Shown here: positions 35,062 to 38,328 of the stretch, in pieces | Layout of the letters: each line of letters starts with the position of its first letter | Numbering within the stretch: the stretch's first letter is position 1 | Origin: Bacteroidales bacterium | GTDB taxonomy: Bacteria; Bacteroidota; Bacteroidia; Bacteroidales; UBA12077 | DNA: 38,328 nt | NCBI GenBank assembly: GCA_028282585.1 | Contig: JANQHR010000044.1 | Coordinates: forward strand, 1 to 38,328 | Direction: 5' to 3' | Notes under the pieces: model-generated | What the model was told of the DNA's origin: nothing | The model's database searches: none | What the model saw: the letters and a program-made list of their open reading frames with translations, nothing else | Position numbers and translations under genes: made by a program

Positions 35062-37386
35062 ATGAAACAATTACTACTATTGCTAACTGTACTTTCTTTA
35101 TCCTTATTATCGTGGTCACAAAATCGATATACTATTAGTGGTCACGTAAAAGATGAAGCAGGTGAAGATTTAATAGGGGCCACAATTTATGTAAAAGAAC
35201 TTAATACCGGAACGGTCACGAATGTATACGGGTTTTATTCTATCACATTAAAAGAAGGAAGCTATCAATTCGATTACTCATATGTTGGTTATGAAACTCA
35301 AACGAAGAAAATTGAGTTAAATCAAAATCAAAGCATAAATATTACTCTAAATGAAACTTCTAAAACAATCGAAGAAGTTGTTGTTACTGCTGAACGAAAG
35401 AATTCTAATGTAATTAAAGCAGAAATGAGCACCATGAAATTGCAGGCTAAAGAAATTAAAAAGATACCTGCTTTTATGGGTGAGGTTGATATTATTAAGG
35501 CTATACAAATGATGCCTGGTGTTCAAGCTAGCAGTGAAGGTTCTTCGGGATTTAATGTTCGGGGAGGTAGTGCCGATCAAAACCTAATTTTATTAGATGA
35601 GGCCACAGTATATAATGCATCACATCTTATGGGCTTTTTCTCGGTATTTAATAATGATGCAATTAAAGATGTAAAACTTTATAAAGGTGATATTCCTGCA
35701 GCATATGGAGGGAGGCTTTCTTCACTACTTGATATTCGGATGAAGGACGGTAACATGAATAAATTTCGCGCAAATGGAGGAATTGGAACGGTATCAAGTA
35801 GATTAACCCTAGAAAGTCCAATTGTAAAAGAAAAAGGATCTTTTATAATCTCAGGCCGCAGATCATATGCTGATTTGATGCTTTTATTATCAACCAATGA
35901 AGAAACAAAGAAAAACAAACTTTATTTCTACGATTTGAACCTTAAAGGGAATTACAAGATTAATGATAAAAACAGATTGTACATTTCCTGGTATCTTGGA
36001 AGAGACGTATTTGAGTATGATGATTTGTTTGGATTCAACTGGGGAAACAGGACATTTACATTAAGATGGAATCATTTATTTTCGGAACGGGTATTCTCAA
36101 ACTTTTCCTTCATTTTGAGCGATTATGATTATGAGTTAGGGCAATATTCCAGCGCTGCAGGATTTAAATGGACCTCAGATATGAGTGATATTAAAATTAA
36201 AGCTGATTTTACTTATTACCCAAATACAAAAAATATGGTACGTTTTGGTGTTAACGGTACCTTCCATCACTTCAATCCTGGTCTGGCAAAAGGTACAGGT
36301 GATGAAACAATTTATAATGAATTGAAAATGCCTGAATCAAATGCTTTAGAATGGGCAGGTTATATCTCAAACGAATGGAAACCTCTTGAAAACCTAACAA
36401 TAAATTATGGATTGAGAGGAACAATATTTCAGAATATGGGAAAATCAACTGTGTATAATTTTGATGAAAATTATGAAAAAATTGATTCAACAACTTATGG
36501 AAGCGGGGATATCTACAATACTTTTTACGGATTAGAACCCAGAGCCAACTTCATGTATGCACTTAATTCAAAATCTTCTATTAAAGGTAGTTATTCCAGA
36601 ACAAAACAACATATCCATTTAGCCTCTAACTCAACTGCCGGTTCTCCTCTGGATATTTGGGTCCCGGCAAGTCCAAATATCAACCCTCAGTTAGCAGACC
36701 AGTTTGCATTAGGGTATTTTAGAAATTTCTTTGAAGACACTTATGAAACCTCCATTGAAGCGTACTATAAAGACATGAAAAATCAAATTGATTTTCGTGA
36801 TCATGCTGAACTATTACTAAATCCTGAAATTGAGGGAGAATTCAGAGAAGGAAATGCCTGGTCGTATGGATTAGAACTTTTGGTTAGAAAACAAACCGGT
36901 GATTTTACTGGTTGGATAAGTTATACACTATCAAAAACAGAAAGAAAGTTTTCGGAAATTAATGACGGAAAAATATATCCGGCAAGTTATGATAAACCAC
37001 ATAATATTGCGATCGTAGCTAATTATGAACTTTCCAAAAGAATAATTGTTGCAGCGAATTGGGTATATTCTACCGGCGCTCCTGTTACTTTTCCAATAGG
37101 ACGATACGAATATGGAAATATGGTTGTACCAATTTATTCTGACAGGAACGATTACAGAATGCCTGATTATCACAGATTAGATTTTTCTTTAACTTATAAA
37201 TTTGGTGTTAACAAAGAAAAAGGATTTAAAAGCGAGTTAAATCTATCTATTTACAATGTATATAATCGTAAAAATGCTTGGATGATAAACTTCTATCAGG
37301 ATGATGAAGATCCTGAAGTTACAAAGGCAGAGAAAGTATACTTATTTCCAATATTACCGTCTTTAACATATAATTTCTATTTCTAA
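35062..37386 (+). CDS. TonB-dependent receptor with an N-terminal carboxypeptidase-regulatory-like domain
   Basis: Signal peptide, ISGHVKD..GE.LIGA, TNVYGFYSI, EEVVVTA TonB-box region, plug motifs PGV/VRGG..DQN/YGGRLSS, C-terminal YNFYF. Confidence 0.9.
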   Translation: MKQLLLLLTVLSLSLLSWSQNRYTISGHVKDEAGEDLIGATIYVKELNTGTVTNVYGFYSITLKEGSYQFDYSYVGYETQTKKIELNQNQSINITLNETSKTIEEVVVTAERKNSNVIKAEMSTMKLQAKEIKKIPAFMGEVDIIKAIQMMPGVQASSEGSSGFNVRGGSADQNLILLDEATVYNASHLMGFFSVFNNDAIKDVKLYKGDIPAAYGGRLSSLLDIRMKDGNMNKFRANGGIGTVSSRLTLESPIVKEKGSFIISGRRSYADLMLLLSTNEETKKNKLYFYDLNLKGNYKINDKNRLYISWYLGRDVFEYDDLFGFNWGNRTFTLRWNHLFSERVFSNFSFILSDYDYELGQYSSAAGFKWTSDMSDIKIKADFTYYPNTKNMVRFGVNGTFHHFNPGLAKGTGDETIYNELKMPESNALEWAGYISNEWKPLENLTINYGLRGTIFQNMGKSTVYNFDENYEKIDSTTYGSGDIYNTFYGLEPRANFMYALNSKSSIKGSYSRTKQHIHLASNSTAGSPLDIWVPASPNINPQLADQFALGYFRNFFEDTYETSIEAYYKDMKNQIDFRDHAELLLNPEIEGEFREGNAWSYGLELLVRKQTGDFTGWISYTLSKTERKFSEINDGKIYPASYDKPHNIAIVANYELSKRIIVAANWVYSTGAPVTFPIGRYEYGNMVVPIYSDRNDYRMPDYHRLDFSLTYKFGVNKEKGFKSELNLSIYNVYNRKNAWMINFYQDDEDPEVTKAEKVYLFPILPSLTYNFYF

Positions 37387-37406
37387 AGACTCAAAAGATT
37401 AAGATT

Positions 37407-38231
37407 ATGAAAAGATATATAGCTATAATATTAATTGCAATTCCGTTCATATTTAATGCTTGTACAGAAGAAATACATATTGATTTGGATAATACTTATG
37501 ATAGAATTGTTATTGAAGGATATTTTACTGATGAGTATAAAACTCATCAGGTGAAAATTACTAAAAGTGCAGATTATTTTTCTAATACGCCTGCACCTGC
37601 AATTACCGGAGCAACAGTAACTATAGGTGATGGGATCAATACTTTTAATTTAATAGAAATTGAGGACGGGGTATATGAAACTGATACGATGTCTGGAATA
37701 CCTGGAAATATATACACCTTAAATGCTGATATTGATGGAACGATTTATACAGCTACAAGTTACATGTTTTCTTGTCCTCCAATAGACTCAATTGGGTTTG
37801 CAAGGAATATCTGGGATGATAAATGGATAGATGTGTTAATATATGCACAGGAGCCAGGAGATGAGATAAATCATTATGCCTGGAAAGCATATAAAAACGA
37901 TACTCTTGTTACGGATACATTACGTGAAGTTCAGTTCTCTGACGATGTTTTTATTAATGGGAGTTACGTAAATGGTGTAGAAGTTCAATATGTACAAGCT
38001 GAAATTGGTGATACCATTATGTTAGAAATGCATTCTATAACAGAAGATTACTATGATTATATGTTAAAGGTAATGTTAGAAACCGATTGGAATGGAGGTC
38101 CCTTTGATGGGCCGCCCGCAAACTTCGGTGGTAATATATCAAATGAAGCTTTAGGATTTTTTGCAGTATATTCGGTTCAACAACAAACCGGTATAATTCC
38201 AATCGATATCCCCGATGCTTACGAAGATTAA
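37407..38231 (+). CDS. DUF4249 family lipoprotein
   Basis: Lipobox FNA-C, then TEEI; VIEG, GATV.I, GNI...ALGFF C-terminal motif; directly follows the TBDR. Confidence 0.78.
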   Translation: MKRYIAIILIAIPFIFNACTEEIHIDLDNTYDRIVIEGYFTDEYKTHQVKITKSADYFSNTPAPAITGATVTIGDGINTFNLIEIEDGVYETDTMSGIPGNIYTLNADIDGTIYTATSYMFSCPPIDSIGFARNIWDDKWIDVLIYAQEPGDEINHYAWKAYKNDTLVTDTLREVQFSDDVFINGSYVNGVEVQYVQAEIGDTIMLEMHSITEDYYDYMLKVMLETDWNGGPFDGPPANFGGNISNEALGFFAVYSVQQQTGIIPIDIPDAYED

Positions 38232-38233
38232 AT

Positions 38234-38269
38234 AAAAGAAGCTGTCTCAAAAGGGCAGCTTTCTTTTTT
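38234..38269 (+). terminator. Intrinsic terminator after the DUF4249 gene
   Basis: AAGCTGTCT-caaaa-GGGCAGCTT stem (two G-U pairs) followed by TCTTTTTT. Confidence 0.75.
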
Positions 38270-38328
38270 AAATAAATTGACATAATCTTTATTTTGTCTA
38301 ACAAATTGATTATCTTAGAGAAACACGA

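Noticed and set aside
7572-38304. Remaining short nested or antisense ORFs in the track (e.g. 8980..9234, 18716..18946, 35347..35580, 38035..38304)
   Set aside because: All overlap well-supported genes, mostly start at alternative codons, and show no family signal.
1-38328. CRISPR arrays, tRNA/rRNA genes, IS elements, prophage
   Set aside because: No repeat-spacer periodicity, cloverleaf, transposase or phage genes seen; intergenic spaces are short. The loop E-like motif is a 53-nt leader, not a 5S gene.

Overview
AT-rich chromosomal window from a Bacteroidota (probably Bacteroidales/Marinilabiliales-like anaerobe). The assignment rests on gene order (porG-like-uppS-bamA-skp-skp-murI; prs-rplY-pth) and many TAnnTTTG -7 promoter boxes. 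It holds about 34 mostly housekeeping CDSs. I see no tRNA, rRNA, CRISPR array, integrase or transposase. Three things stand out. (1) Two tandem, paralogous ~1000-1150 aa proteins fuse a pseudo-receiver and a receiver domain to a PEP-synthase-type ATP-grasp and a phospho-His-like domain, but lack the pyruvate-binding barrel. They lie between korAB and a glutamate dehydrogenase gene and are a candidate non-canonical dikinase-type phosphorelay at the 2-oxoglutarate/glutamate node. (2) The rplY (bL25) 5' leader can fold into a hairpin reproducing five consecutive non-canonical pairs of 5S rRNA loop E, the bL25 binding site, making it a candidate autoregulatory ribosomal-protein leader. (3) A compact 'terminator fused to promoter -7 box' arrangement occurs twice, before gdhA and before murI. 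All family calls come from motifs recognised by eye, not from database searches.
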